From: a virus
Virus record (IMG/VR): IMGVR_UViG_3300020172_001416
Coordinates: 1-64,000 of that record
Direction: 5' to 3' (one strand)
DNA length: 64,000 nt
Both the position numbers and the translations under genes were made by a program. Of this stretch, positions 1 through 7,833 are shown piece by piece. Numbering within the stretch: position 1 is the stretch's first letter; each line of letters opens with the position of its first letter. Below the pieces are notes generated by a model that ran no database searches, was not told the origin of the DNA, and saw only the letters and a list, made by a program, of their open reading frames with translations.

Positions 1-69
1 ACATAGCTCAGTTGGTAGAGCACCACTTTGGTAAAGTGGAGGTCACCAGTTCAATCCTGGTTGTCAGCT
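1..69 (+). tRNA. tRNA-Thr(GGT), 5' end truncated by window
   Basis: D-arm GCTCAGTTGGTAGAGC, anticodon arm CCACT-TTGGTAA-AGTGG, T-loop GTTCAATCC. Confidence 0.93.
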
Positions 70-78
70 CTTAGGCAC

Positions 79-108
79 TTGACTTAAACTATACCGATGT
101 ATTATATT
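79..108 (+). promoter_or_regulatory. sigma70-like promoter (TTGACT..TATATT)
   Basis: TTGACT 79-84, TATATT 103-108 (18 nt spacer), upstream of tRNA-Pro. Confidence 0.55.
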
Positions 109-118
109 TGAATTGTTA

Positions 119-191
119 CGGGGAGTAGCTCAGTTGGTAGAGTACACGCTTTGGGAGCGTGGTGTCGCAGGTTCGAGTCCTGTCTCCCCGA
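119..191 (+). tRNA. tRNA-Pro(TGG)
   Basis: CGGGGAG/CTCCCCG acceptor, CACGC-TTTGGGA-GCGTG anticodon arm, GGTTCGAGTCC. Confidence 0.95.
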
Positions 192-202
192 TAGGAGGAA
201 AT

Positions 203-352
203 ATGGAAAAAGAAGATAAACTACCAAAAATTATTGCCACTATAGCAACTATACTTTTTTTAATCTTTATATTTTCTATCACTCCGTCACGTGAAGAAAT
301 GCAAGGATTGGAAGGTGGTAATATCCAACACGCGATAGATACCAAGCAATAA
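203..352 (+). CDS. small single-pass membrane protein
   Basis: AGGAGG SD before ATG 203; hydrophobic IIATIATILFLIFIFSI. Confidence 0.65.
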   Translation: MEKEDKLPKIIATIATILFLIFIFSITPSREEMQGLEGGNIQHAIDTKQ

Positions 353-355
353 ATT

Positions 356-430
356 GGGCGGGTGGCAGAGAGGCCCAATGCAAGAGTCTGCAAAACTCTA
401 AAGCCGCCGGTTCGAATCCGGCCTCGCCCT
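356..430 (+). tRNA. tRNA-Cys(GCA)
   Basis: AGAGT-CTGCAAA-ACTCT anticodon arm, GGTTCGAATCC, U73. Confidence 0.93.
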
Positions 431-451
431 TACCATACACAAGAGGTTATT

Positions 452-706
452 ATGAATTTGACACCGAACGATAAGTTAAAGTTAGAAGGCGCATTGAAGG
501 ATATGAGTACCTCAATGACCCGTGTAGAAGCAGAACGTGACCTACAGAAGAATCTTATTGGGGACATCTGTGAAGAACTGGACCTGAATAAGAAGGTCTT
601 CCGTAAGTTGGCAAAAGTCTACCATAAGCAGAACTTTGACCAAGAAGTAACGACACATCAGGAATTTGAGCAGTTGTACGAAGCGGTTACTGCGAAGAAG
701 CCGTAA
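452..706 (+). CDS. T4 DsbA-like double-stranded DNA-binding protein
   Basis: GAGG SD, ATG 452; SMTRVEAERDLQKN..ELDLNKKVFRKLAKVYHKQNF..EFEQLYE resembles the T4-like dsbA family. Confidence 0.65.
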   Translation: MNLTPNDKLKLEGALKDMSTSMTRVEAERDLQKNLIGDICEELDLNKKVFRKLAKVYHKQNFDQEVTTHQEFEQLYEAVTAKKP

Positions 707-1005
707 TGGCAAAAATCATCCACCCAGAAACCATCACGGTTACCCGTGAAAAGGAAATGGGAATAGAATGTGATATGTGCCACACACGTACAACAATACG
801 AGATAACTATCCGACTGTAACGGATAATTGGTCTACAGAGAAGGGTAAGTATAATCAAGGATGTGTGGTGTCAACCTATCACGGGTACTTTATGGATATG
901 ATTGGACCCACCATACGAGAGTCAGAACTCTGCACCGATTGTGCTACAAAGGTACTGGATTGGATTGAATCGCAAGGTGGAACCACCGTTACCACCCATA
1001 GATAA
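706..1005 (+). CDS. hypothetical protein with two CxxC pairs
   Basis: TAATG coupling to upstream gene; CDMC and CTDC. Confidence 0.7.
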   Translation: MAKIIHPETITVTREKEMGIECDMCHTRTTIRDNYPTVTDNWSTEKGKYNQGCVVSTYHGYFMDMIGPTIRESELCTDCATKVLDWIESQGGTTVTTHR

Positions 1006-1014
1006 TGTTGTAAA

Positions 1015-1098
1015 GGAAGGTTCGCATAACGGTAGTGCACCGGTCTACTAAACCGACGACCTTAATCGGTCATGTGGGTTCGAATCCCTCACCTTCCG
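1015..1098 (+). tRNA. tRNA-Ser(ACT), type II, A34 anticodon
   Basis: GGAAGGT/ACCTTCC acceptor, G73, long variable arm GACC-TTAATC-GGTC, loop CT-ACT-AA. Confidence 0.85.
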
Positions 1099-1111
1099 TA
1101 AATAGTTAAAA

Positions 1112-1141
1112 CCACCGTGAGTTCGAATCTCACCGCTTCCG
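1112..1141 (+). pseudogene. tRNA 3'-half remnant (Ser-like)
   Basis: GTGAG-TTCGAAT-CTCAC T-arm plus CGCTTCC-G acceptor strand with no 5' half upstream. Confidence 0.7.
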
Positions 1142-1216
1142 TTGGTGTCAATGATATATCAAAATACTATATTATTGACATAAAACCCAGTTAAATACTA
1201 TATATTAAGGTGGGAC

Positions 1217-1245
1217 TTGACAAACAAGCTCACCTTATGTATATT
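1217..1245 (+). promoter_or_regulatory. sigma70-like promoter
   Basis: TTGACA-17 nt-TATATT. Confidence 0.8.
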
Positions 1246-1251
1246 TAAGGT

Positions 1252-1472
1252 GTTGAGTGATTGAAAGGTGAAGGGAAGTAGTTGCGGGACTATCCGGGGT
1301 TGGATTGGTGTATACCGCCCCCGCTCCTTTTGAACCCTCGTTGTGAGATGCCACCGTAACGGCACAGGGGAAGTTTCCGACGAGATGAGCGTCAAATGAA
1401 GAGATAAACTTGGTTGAGGATGACAATCAAGATGATAGATAGGTTCCTCCCTACCCCAATGGGAGGATTTTT
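1252..1472 (+). ncRNA. unassigned structured RNA (~220 nt)
   Basis: GC-rich, no + strand ORF of 60 aa or more, bracketed by a promoter and an intrinsic terminator, several nested helices. Confidence 0.6.
1445..1472 (+). terminator. intrinsic terminator
   Basis: TCCTCCC/GGGAGGA stem followed by T run. Confidence 0.75.
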
Positions 1473-1487
1473 TATCCGAAAGCAGTG

Positions 1488-1531
1488 TTTTTGGTATACA
1501 CAATACTATTTATAGTTGTGTATACCAAAAA
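1488..1531 (+). promoter_or_regulatory. putative late promoter (TATTTATA) in the loop of a 16-bp inverted repeat
   Basis: TTTTTGGTATACACAA / TTGTGTATACCAAAAA arms, loop TACTATTTATAG, abutting the SD of the HNH gene. Confidence 0.6.
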
Positions 1532-1541
1532 GGAGAACGAT

Positions 1542-2165
1542 ATGTTGTGTGATTATGGATGTGGTAAAGAAGCAACGTCGCAATTAAAAAATAAAAAGTG
1601 GTGTTGCGAAGTAAGTGCAAACAAATGTCCAATAAACAAAAAGAAAAACTCAACTGCTTTACGAGAAGCTGTAAAATCTGGTAAAATAAATCATTCCGAG
1701 AGATATAAAAATTTATCAGATGAAGTAAAAGCAAAAATGAATTGGAACAAAGGTAATTATTCAAATACTAAGTTTGAGTATGGTGGTACTGGAAGCCATA
1801 AAGAAGTACTAATCTCTGAACGTGGTCATAAATGCGAATCTTGTAATAAAAAAACTTGGTTAGGAGAAAAAATTACTTTAGAATTAGAACATAAAGATGG
1901 AGATAGAAAAAATAATACTAGGGAAAATCTTCAATTATTATGTCCTAATTGCCATTCAATGACCAAAACGTGGAGAGGAAGAAACGTAAACTCTGGAAAA
2001 ATAAAAGTTGACGACCAAACCCTCTTGACAGCACTACAAACTGAAGTTAGTATTAGAGTAGCACTGAATAAAGTAGGATTGACTCCAAAAGGAGGAAACT
2101 ACCAAAGATGTTATAAGTTGTTAAGCTCCTGTGGTGGAATCGGTATACACAACAGACTTAGATAA
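1542..2165 (+). CDS. HNH homing endonuclease
   Basis: AGGAG SD, ATG 1542; CESC..LELEHKDGDRKNNTRENLQLLCPNCH motif; 3' end runs through tRNA-Leu exon 1. Confidence 0.9.
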   Translation: MLCDYGCGKEATSQLKNKKWCCEVSANKCPINKKKNSTALREAVKSGKINHSERYKNLSDEVKAKMNWNKGNYSNTKFEYGGTGSHKEVLISERGHKCESCNKKTWLGEKITLELEHKDGDRKNNTRENLQLLCPNCHSMTKTWRGRNVNSGKIKVDDQTLLTALQTEVSIRVALNKVGLTPKGGNYQRCYKLLSSCGGIGIHNRLR

Positions 2166-2404
2166 TTGAGTGCTCTATCGGAAACGGTAGAAGTAGAATG
2201 TGTCAAATTCGGGGAAAGCTTAACTGCCAATCCCGAGCCAAGCCCCAACGGGGAAGGTGTAGAGACTAGACGGCACACACCTAAAGTAGAAATACTATGG
2301 TGAAGGGATAGTCCAGACCACAAACGGTAACGGTAGCGAAAGCTATAGTGGTAAGAAAATCTGTCACCTGAACAGGTTTGCGAGTTCGAGTCTCGCCGGG
2401 AGCA
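2125..2404 (+). tRNA. tRNA-Leu(TAA) interrupted by a group I intron (exons 2125-2159, 2356-2404)
   Basis: Spliced anticodon arm ACAGA-CTT|AAAA-TCTGT; GCTCCTG/CGGGAGC acceptor; long variable arm. Confidence 0.9.
2160..2355 (+). mobile_element. group I self-splicing intron, trnL(UAA) type, ORF-less
   Basis: Core elements AAATTCGGGGAA (P), AATCCCGAGCC (Q), GTAGAGACTAGA (R), AAGGGATAGTCC (S); exon ends in U and intron ends in G. Confidence 0.9.
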
Positions 2405-2427
2405 TGGTTATATAGGAGAGAGTTCCA

Positions 2428-2523
2428 ATGTGTCCTACGCATCATCAGTATATGCATAGTAAATACAAAGGGCTTATTCTAGAAACTGTTGAAGAGTATA
2501 TTAGAAGTAAATTTGGGCGGTGA
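2428..2523 (+). pseudogene. C-terminal remnant of an HNH endonuclease
   Basis: Reads (VP)MCPTHHQYMHSKYKGLILETVEEYIRSKFGR*, like the CPxHH tail of small phage HNH proteins; stop lies inside tRNA-Ala. Confidence 0.5.
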
Positions 2524-2585
2524 GATGTAATGGGTGCATGATTCCTTTGCACGGAATTCGAGGGGTTCGATTCCCACACTGTCCA
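2515..2585 (+). tRNA. tRNA-Ala(TGC), somewhat degenerate
   Basis: G3:U70 pair in GGGCGGT/ACTGTCC, A73, ATTCC-TTTGCAC-GGAAT; G at position 8 and a T-stem mismatch. Confidence 0.8.
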
Positions 2586-2589
2586 CTTA

Positions 2590-2699
2590 GTCGGTCACTG
2601 AGGGTGTCACACAAAATTCCAAAATCTACGCCGCGAAACGGGAAACCGAGTTGGTGGAATATGAAATGTAGATTGTGACAAGCGACCTGAGCCGACACT
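2590..2699 (+). ncRNA. unassigned structured RNA with possible pseudoknot
   Basis: GTCGG/CCGAC, TGTCAC/GTGACA, AATCTAC/GTAGATT, ATTCCA/TGGAAT, CGG-GAAA-CCG. Confidence 0.55.
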
Positions 2700-2703
2700 C
2701 CAC

Positions 2704-2732
2704 TTGACAAACATCCCATAATGTAGTATACT
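2704..2732 (+). promoter_or_regulatory. sigma70-like promoter
   Basis: TTGACA-17 nt-TATACT. Confidence 0.8.
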
Positions 2733-2742
2733 TAAGAAGTAC

Positions 2743-2815
2743 GCACCCCTAGCTCAATTGGCAGAGCACTCGGCTTTTAACCGATAGGTTGTGGGATCGT
2801 TGCCCACGGGGTGCA
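2743..2815 (+). tRNA. tRNA-Lys(TTT) with atypical T-loop
   Basis: GCACCCC/GGGGTGC acceptor, CT-TTT-AA loop, T-loop ATCGTTG. Confidence 0.85.
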
Positions 2816-2827
2816 TCGCAGTATAAC

Positions 2828-2901
2828 CCGCGAGTAGCTAAATGGTGAAGGCAGCCGCCTTATATGCGGAAGATATGGGGGTTCAAGTCCCTCCTCGCGG
2901 A
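2828..2901 (+). tRNA. tRNA-Ile(TAT)
   Basis: CCGCGAG/CTCGCGG acceptor, loop CT-TAT-AT, GTTCAAGTCC. Confidence 0.85.
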
Positions 2902-2924
2902 CTCTCCAATTTTACTGTAAATTT

Positions 2925-3482
2925 ATGTCAAACAAAAATCAGTTATTTGTGATGCGTGATGAATTATATTCTAGGGGACTAGAAGATTTAATTCGTTACG
3001 TTAATTCATTTGCCAATACAAAAGAAATGGATATGGTAGAGATAGGTTCTTATGCGGGAGAATCTACGGTAATCTTTGCTAAACATTTTAGACGAGTAAT
3101 TGCAATTGACCCGTATTTAAATGACTACGATGTAAACGACATCACATGCCAGTTTATGGATTTAGCGGACGTATACTCTGTGTTTGTCAAGAATATCACG
3201 CCATACAACAATATAGAACTCATAAAGAAACTATCAGACTTTGCGATTCGAGATTTGATTACGCAAAAGTTTGATTTTATTTATATAGACGGATTACATA
3301 CGTATGACCAGATTAAAAAAGATATAAAAAATTACTACCCTTTGATAAAGTCTGGTGGGTTTATAGCGGGACACGATTACCATCCGGTATATCAAGGGGT
3401 GATGGACGGCATAATAGAAACTATAGGATATCCAGACCAAACGTTTGTGGATACTAGTTGGATTAAGAGGGTTACACTATGA
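2925..3482 (+). CDS. class I SAM-dependent methyltransferase (Methyltransf_24-like)
   Basis: VEIGSYAGES, FDFIYIDGLHTY, GGFIAGHDY motifs. Confidence 0.85.
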   Translation: MSNKNQLFVMRDELYSRGLEDLIRYVNSFANTKEMDMVEIGSYAGESTVIFAKHFRRVIAIDPYLNDYDVNDITCQFMDLADVYSVFVKNITPYNNIELIKKLSDFAIRDLITQKFDFIYIDGLHTYDQIKKDIKNYYPLIKSGGFIAGHDYHPVYQGVMDGIIETIGYPDQTFVDTSWIKRVTL

Positions 3483-4513
3483 GTACATTCGCCATCGGTA
3501 CACTGACCCATGACGCAGATAATAGAGATAAATTTTTACGATTGACCATAAATACATTTATGGAACATACAGCCGTTGCTCAAGGAACTAAGTGGTATAT
3601 CTACCACAATGGTCCTAGCGGTGGTCCAAACGATGTAGTGTTCTATGAAATGAAAGAAAAATGGGGACACATTATTGATTTCGAATTACATCACACTGGA
3701 AAAAATCTTGGTGTGGGATACGGAATCAACGCTCTTAATAAGCATCTAAAAAATTATGACTACTCCTTATTTTTGGAAGGAGATTGGGTAACACTACCAA
3801 AGTCCATCAGCGGGTTTGGTACCGAATGGTTGATGGACTGTATACAGTTATTGGACGAAGATACCTCTATTGACCAGATACAACTACGCCGGTATCAGCA
3901 TGATATTGATGACCGCCAATATGGTTACGGATATTGGATACGTCGGGACAATATTAAAAAAGAAACTGAAAAGTTTTTATATTTAAACAAACGGGAGTAT
4001 GGTAATAATCCGACCGTCCGTAGAAATCAAACACACTATGATGTAGGGATTTTCCCGCTTGGTGAATTTATAGATGAAAATAATGAACCGCAAGAACTAA
4101 AAGGAAATCCACTGTGGGGACAAGCAGAAATAGCCGCGTCGGGCCTAGGTCATAGGTTGGGAACCGCCACCTTGAAATTTGGAAACTTTGTTCATTGTGA
4201 CCACTGGATATATGGTGATAATTTTGAATTGGCCATAAAAAATATTAAAGGCTGCGGGTATAAGACAGACTCGCCGACGATAAACTGTAAATATGGATTT
4301 GTGTTTCCTAGAGAAGAATTCTGTTTGGCGTGTAGAAAGTCGATGGATTTTACTGATTTAGAAGAACATAACAAATTTTTCGAAGAAAAAGTCCACAGGG
4401 TTGTCTGGGAAAACCAACCCAAGGATGTAATACGGGAAATTGTTTTAACTAACATCGATTTACCACCTGTAGATATTGATACCTACATTGGTTTGTCTTT
4501 GAAACTTCGGTAA
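3479..4513 (+). CDS. putative GT-A fold glycosyltransferase
   Basis: NLGVGYGIN..YDYSLFLEGDW (DxD-like); coupled to the methyltransferase. Confidence 0.6.
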   Translation: MSTFAIGTLTHDADNRDKFLRLTINTFMEHTAVAQGTKWYIYHNGPSGGPNDVVFYEMKEKWGHIIDFELHHTGKNLGVGYGINALNKHLKNYDYSLFLEGDWVTLPKSISGFGTEWLMDCIQLLDEDTSIDQIQLRRYQHDIDDRQYGYGYWIRRDNIKKETEKFLYLNKREYGNNPTVRRNQTHYDVGIFPLGEFIDENNEPQELKGNPLWGQAEIAASGLGHRLGTATLKFGNFVHCDHWIYGDNFELAIKNIKGCGYKTDSPTINCKYGFVFPREEFCLACRKSMDFTDLEEHNKFFEEKVHRVVWENQPKDVIREIVLTNIDLPPVDIDTYIGLSLKLR

Positions 4514-4540
4514 ATAGTATATTATAATTGATTTTAATGT

Positions 4541-4580
4541 ATTCCAACGTGATATTTATGTTTACGTTGGAATATTTTTA
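4541..4580 (+). promoter_or_regulatory. hairpin (terminator-like) with a late-promoter-like motif in its loop
   Basis: ATTCCAACGT/ACGTTGGAAT arms, loop GATATTTATGTTT, T run downstream. Confidence 0.5.
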
Positions 4581-4629
4581 TTAAATAGGTTCTTTATCTA
4601 ATTGTCTACTTTACATTTGGAGACATTTT

Positions 4630-5115
4630 ATGAAGAACCATTTTTATGCCGCCTGGGGTGCTTTTTGGTTATTAACCACCCCCGCTTATGCACAAGAAAA
4701 AGAAATATTTGTTGAAAAAGTGACCAATTCTGTCGTGATTGGTCCAGTAGCAGGAAATCGTGGTCTTGAATTTGGTGTAAAAAATATCCTTGAAGAATTC
4801 TTGTTGGAAAAGGAATATAACTTAAATCCAAAATCACCAGCAAGACTTCAAGTTGAAATTATATTCTTGGATGTACTGACCACCAAGAAGAATGTCTCCG
4901 TGTTCCATTCAAACGCAGAAACGGTTGTGATACGGTTGCGTGGAACAATGGTTGTTAATGGTAAGAAGGGGAAACCCGTGGTTGTTGAGGAAAGTTCCTC
5001 GGAAATTTCTATGTCTACTTTGTTAATTGACGAAGGCGGCAAATTCAACCAAACAAGTCTCTCAAACGCCTTGAAGAAATCTTGTGAGAGCTTGATTAAC
5101 AAACTATCGGAGTAA
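4630..5115 (+). CDS. exported CsgG/HfaB-like protein (short paralog)
   Basis: Signal peptide AYA-Q; GLEFGVKNILEEFL and KFNQTSLSNALKK match the 8527 protein. Confidence 0.55.
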   Translation: MKNHFYAAWGAFWLLTTPAYAQEKEIFVEKVTNSVVIGPVAGNRGLEFGVKNILEEFLLEKEYNLNPKSPARLQVEIIFLDVLTTKKNVSVFHSNAETVVIRLRGTMVVNGKKGKPVVVEESSSEISMSTLLIDEGGKFNQTSLSNALKKSCESLINKLSE

Positions 5116-5116
5116 T

Positions 5117-7162
5117 ATGAAAAACATTTTAATGGCAGTTCTTCTACTTCTGCCATTCGTCAAAGTAGAAGCGCAACCCGCACTTTGGTGGGGCGCAAAC
5201 ACCATCAGTACCAATACTAATGGTGGTCCAATTGTAAAAAATGATACGATTTCTTTGGAAGTGAAGTTGAACCCAAACTTCTCCACGATTCGTTCGGTGT
5301 TCTTTGATTTTCAACATCAGAAGGATGCCATCACATTGTTGGATGTACAACCAGGTGCAGGTATTCCGCAAGGAGCCAATTTTACCTACACCAACTACTA
5401 TTATCCAAATTGTAAGTTCAACAGAACAGCACAAAACACGACAACAAATGGTTGGAACAATTACGCAAACGCACAATACACCTGTAATCAAACTACAGTT
5501 CCGTATCATGCTATCAATCGTATTCAAGTGAATGTGTCCAGTGCCGCCAACATGGAACACGCCACATACATCAAACTCCGTTTCAGAATCACCAAGACGG
5601 ATGCGGGGTTTCCATACGATTCAGTATACATGAACTTTGCCATTGGATATGATGTGAATGGTCAAACCATGACCAATACAGAAAATGTTGGAGCCAAGGG
5701 TGTCTGGATTAATTTAGCACCAAACGCAAATAATTTGATTGTTGGTGAAGTAAAACATAGTGCAAATACTACCGCAGGATTGAAAAATTTGATGCGGTTG
5801 TCTATTACTGATACATTGGTACAACCCACAGAAGTTGCTAATGCAGCAGTGGGTGGAAACGGACAGTTTGCTTTTGCACAACAATTGCAAGTGAACTCAC
5901 CATACAAGTTCCGATTAGTATTACCAGCAGATAGTTTGGCACCCTTGAGTTTGGCAGCAACCACTATCTCTGACTTTACCGCAGCACAACAAGAATGGAT
6001 TACCCAAAATCTTGACCGTACATTTAAGAACAACAACATCAACAAGGGTATGAAGTATTGGGCAGCAGATGTCAATAATGATGGTGTATTTGATGGTGGG
6101 GATGTTCAAGTGTTATTCAACGCCGTAACTGGATTGGATACCATTATGGCACCACCAGCAGGATGTGCAGCAAACTGTAGTATCAGTATTCCATTGTTCC
6201 ACGGAGCAGATTACGACAACACACCATTGACCAACTGGAATGATTTGATGACAGGCAAGACCATTGATATCATTCCAGGTCAAACAGAATATGCCATCAT
6301 CAATCTCAATGGATATGGTGCAGGTCAAACCAGATTCTATGTGGACATGCGTGAGTTCCCAGCAGGTGTCACACCTTCATCTGTGAAGTGGATGAATATT
6401 CTTGATGTGTATAACGGACCTGTCACCTTTATGTCAAGTGATGCAAGTTGGGCATTCTATAAGATTGCGTCAAGTTTCACCAAAGCAACAAATGGCACAT
6501 CAGCATTCAATAATAATATTAGAAATGTCAATAATCAAAATGTAGATTACGCACTTCGCATCAATGCAAAGTTCAGTAATAAAACATCAGGATACGTTCA
6601 CGCACGAACCACTACAAGTGAACAAACCCTTGACCTTCGTTACGCATTGAAGGGTGATGTGAACCTATCACATTCTTCATTGGTCACAGAACAACAAGCA
6701 GCGATTTACGGTTGGGGTAATTTGGTGGTTCCAAGTGGTCAAAGTATTGATACAAAGGTCAACAACGTAGTAGTTACAGGTGATACTATTAACATTCCTT
6801 TCAATGTAGATACAAAGGGTATCGTATTATCTGGTTTACAATATGAAGTCAAGTATGACCCAACATTGGTGAAGTTTGTGAAAATGAATATTAATACTCC
6901 AAGTTGGGTATCGTTCGTTCATCCAATGGTGGACGGAACTGTTCGTTTTGGTGCAGTTGATAAAGATTTAAAGAACCCATTAACAGGAGCAAATCTCACC
7001 CCATTCAAGTTACAACTCGTAGCATTGAAGGCTGGTGTAGACCTAAACACCTCTGTGGTTTTGACACAGGTTATGGACGCAGCAGACAATAAAGGTAATC
7101 AGGTTGGTATTAACCTTTCCTCTACTGTAATCCGTTTGGTCGGTATCAGTAACTTTCGATAA
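5117..7162 (+). CDS. exported protein with cohesin-like N- and C-terminal domains and a dockerin-like Ca-binding motif
   Basis: Signal peptide VEA-Q; AADVNNDGVFDGGD; GDTINIPFNVDTKG..LSGLQYEVKYDPTLVKFVKM cohesin-like pattern. Confidence 0.65.
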   Translation: MKNILMAVLLLLPFVKVEAQPALWWGANTISTNTNGGPIVKNDTISLEVKLNPNFSTIRSVFFDFQHQKDAITLLDVQPGAGIPQGANFTYTNYYYPNCKFNRTAQNTTTNGWNNYANAQYTCNQTTVPYHAINRIQVNVSSAANMEHATYIKLRFRITKTDAGFPYDSVYMNFAIGYDVNGQTMTNTENVGAKGVWINLAPNANNLIVGEVKHSANTTAGLKNLMRLSITDTLVQPTEVANAAVGGNGQFAFAQQLQVNSPYKFRLVLPADSLAPLSLAATTISDFTAAQQEWITQNLDRTFKNNNINKGMKYWAADVNNDGVFDGGDVQVLFNAVTGLDTIMAPPAGCAANCSISIPLFHGADYDNTPLTNWNDLMTGKTIDIIPGQTEYAIINLNGYGAGQTRFYVDMREFPAGVTPSSVKWMNILDVYNGPVTFMSSDASWAFYKIASSFTKATNGTSAFNNNIRNVNNQNVDYALRINAKFSNKTSGYVHARTTTSEQTLDLRYALKGDVNLSHSSLVTEQQAAIYGWGNLVVPSGQSIDTKVNNVVVTGDTINIPFNVDTKGIVLSGLQYEVKYDPTLVKFVKMNINTPSWVSFVHPMVDGTVRFGAVDKDLKNPLTGANLTPFKLQLVALKAGVDLNTSVVLTQVMDAADNKGNQVGINLSSTVIRLVGISNFR

Positions 7163-7170
7163 GGAGCAAT

Positions 7171-7548
7171 ATGAAAAACTATTTACGATACGGGATAATT
7201 TCCCTTTTGGTAATTGGTTGCTACGACAATAATATTTTTAATCCAGATATGAGTAAACCACTTGATTTGGGAGTGACATCAACCTCCACTAAGTTTAGAA
7301 CACAAAAAGTTACGACTACGAATGGTCACGCATCGGTATTAGTTGAAGTCACACCAGGTGCGTTGTATAGTCTACAACTTACCAGTATTGATGGTAGGGT
7401 ATTAGCAATTGAAGGATTTACTGCAGATAAAGTAAATCAAGTAATTGACCTTGATTACACCAAGATTAAAAATGGTTCTTATGACTTAAACCTACTGGAT
7501 GTCTCTGGCAACGTTGTCAAGATTCCAGTAATCATCAACAAACAATAG
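7171..7548 (+). CDS. lipoprotein with Ig-like/T9SS-CTD-like C-terminus
   Basis: Lipobox LVIGC; YSLQLTSIDGRVL..IDLDYTKIKNGSYDLNL. Confidence 0.6.
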   Translation: MKNYLRYGIISLLVIGCYDNNIFNPDMSKPLDLGVTSTSTKFRTQKVTTTNGHASVLVEVTPGALYSLQLTSIDGRVLAIEGFTADKVNQVIDLDYTKIKNGSYDLNLLDVSGNVVKIPVIINKQ

Positions 7549-7557
7549 GAGAACGTT

Positions 7558-7827
7558 ATGTCAGAAGAAAGTTCAGGCGGTGGATTAAAGAACGCAATCA
7601 TTGGTTTAGTAACCATTATTGTGACCGCAATCGCAGGTGTAGTTGGTAAGCAATTAATGGGTGGCGATGAAGCAGCAACAACCCCACCACCGGCAGCTGC
7701 ACCAGTAGTTATCAACCTTGAAAATAACAACACAGTCAAGGGTGGTTCAGGCGGTGGTGCAGCAGCACCGGCGGCAAAGCCAGCACCAAAGAAGGACGAT
7801 TGGACAAAAGCAGAACCAAAGTGGTAA
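7558..7827 (+). CDS. small single-pass membrane protein with Pro/Ala-rich tail
   Basis: AGGAG SD; hydrophobic IIGLVTIIVTAIAGVVG. Confidence 0.75.
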   Translation: MSEESSGGGLKNAIIGLVTIIVTAIAGVVGKQLMGGDEAATTPPPAAAPVVINLENNNTVKGGSGGGAAAPAAKPAPKKDDWTKAEPKW

Positions 7828-7833
7828 TAAATT

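Noticed and set aside
113-451. ORF-track N-terminal extensions of 113..352 and 362..706, and minus ORF 130..393
   Set aside because: They run through tRNA-Pro and tRNA-Cys; SD-supported starts are at 203 and 452
1045-1051. Amber suppressor reading (CTA) of the tRNA at 1015, implying stop-codon recoding
   Set aside because: The centred anticodon is ACT, and many intact genes end in TAG or TGA with no sign of read-through
1146-1180. AT-rich inverted repeat TGTCAATGATATA/TATATTATTGACA
   Set aside because: Could be an operator or terminator, but there is a single copy with no supporting context
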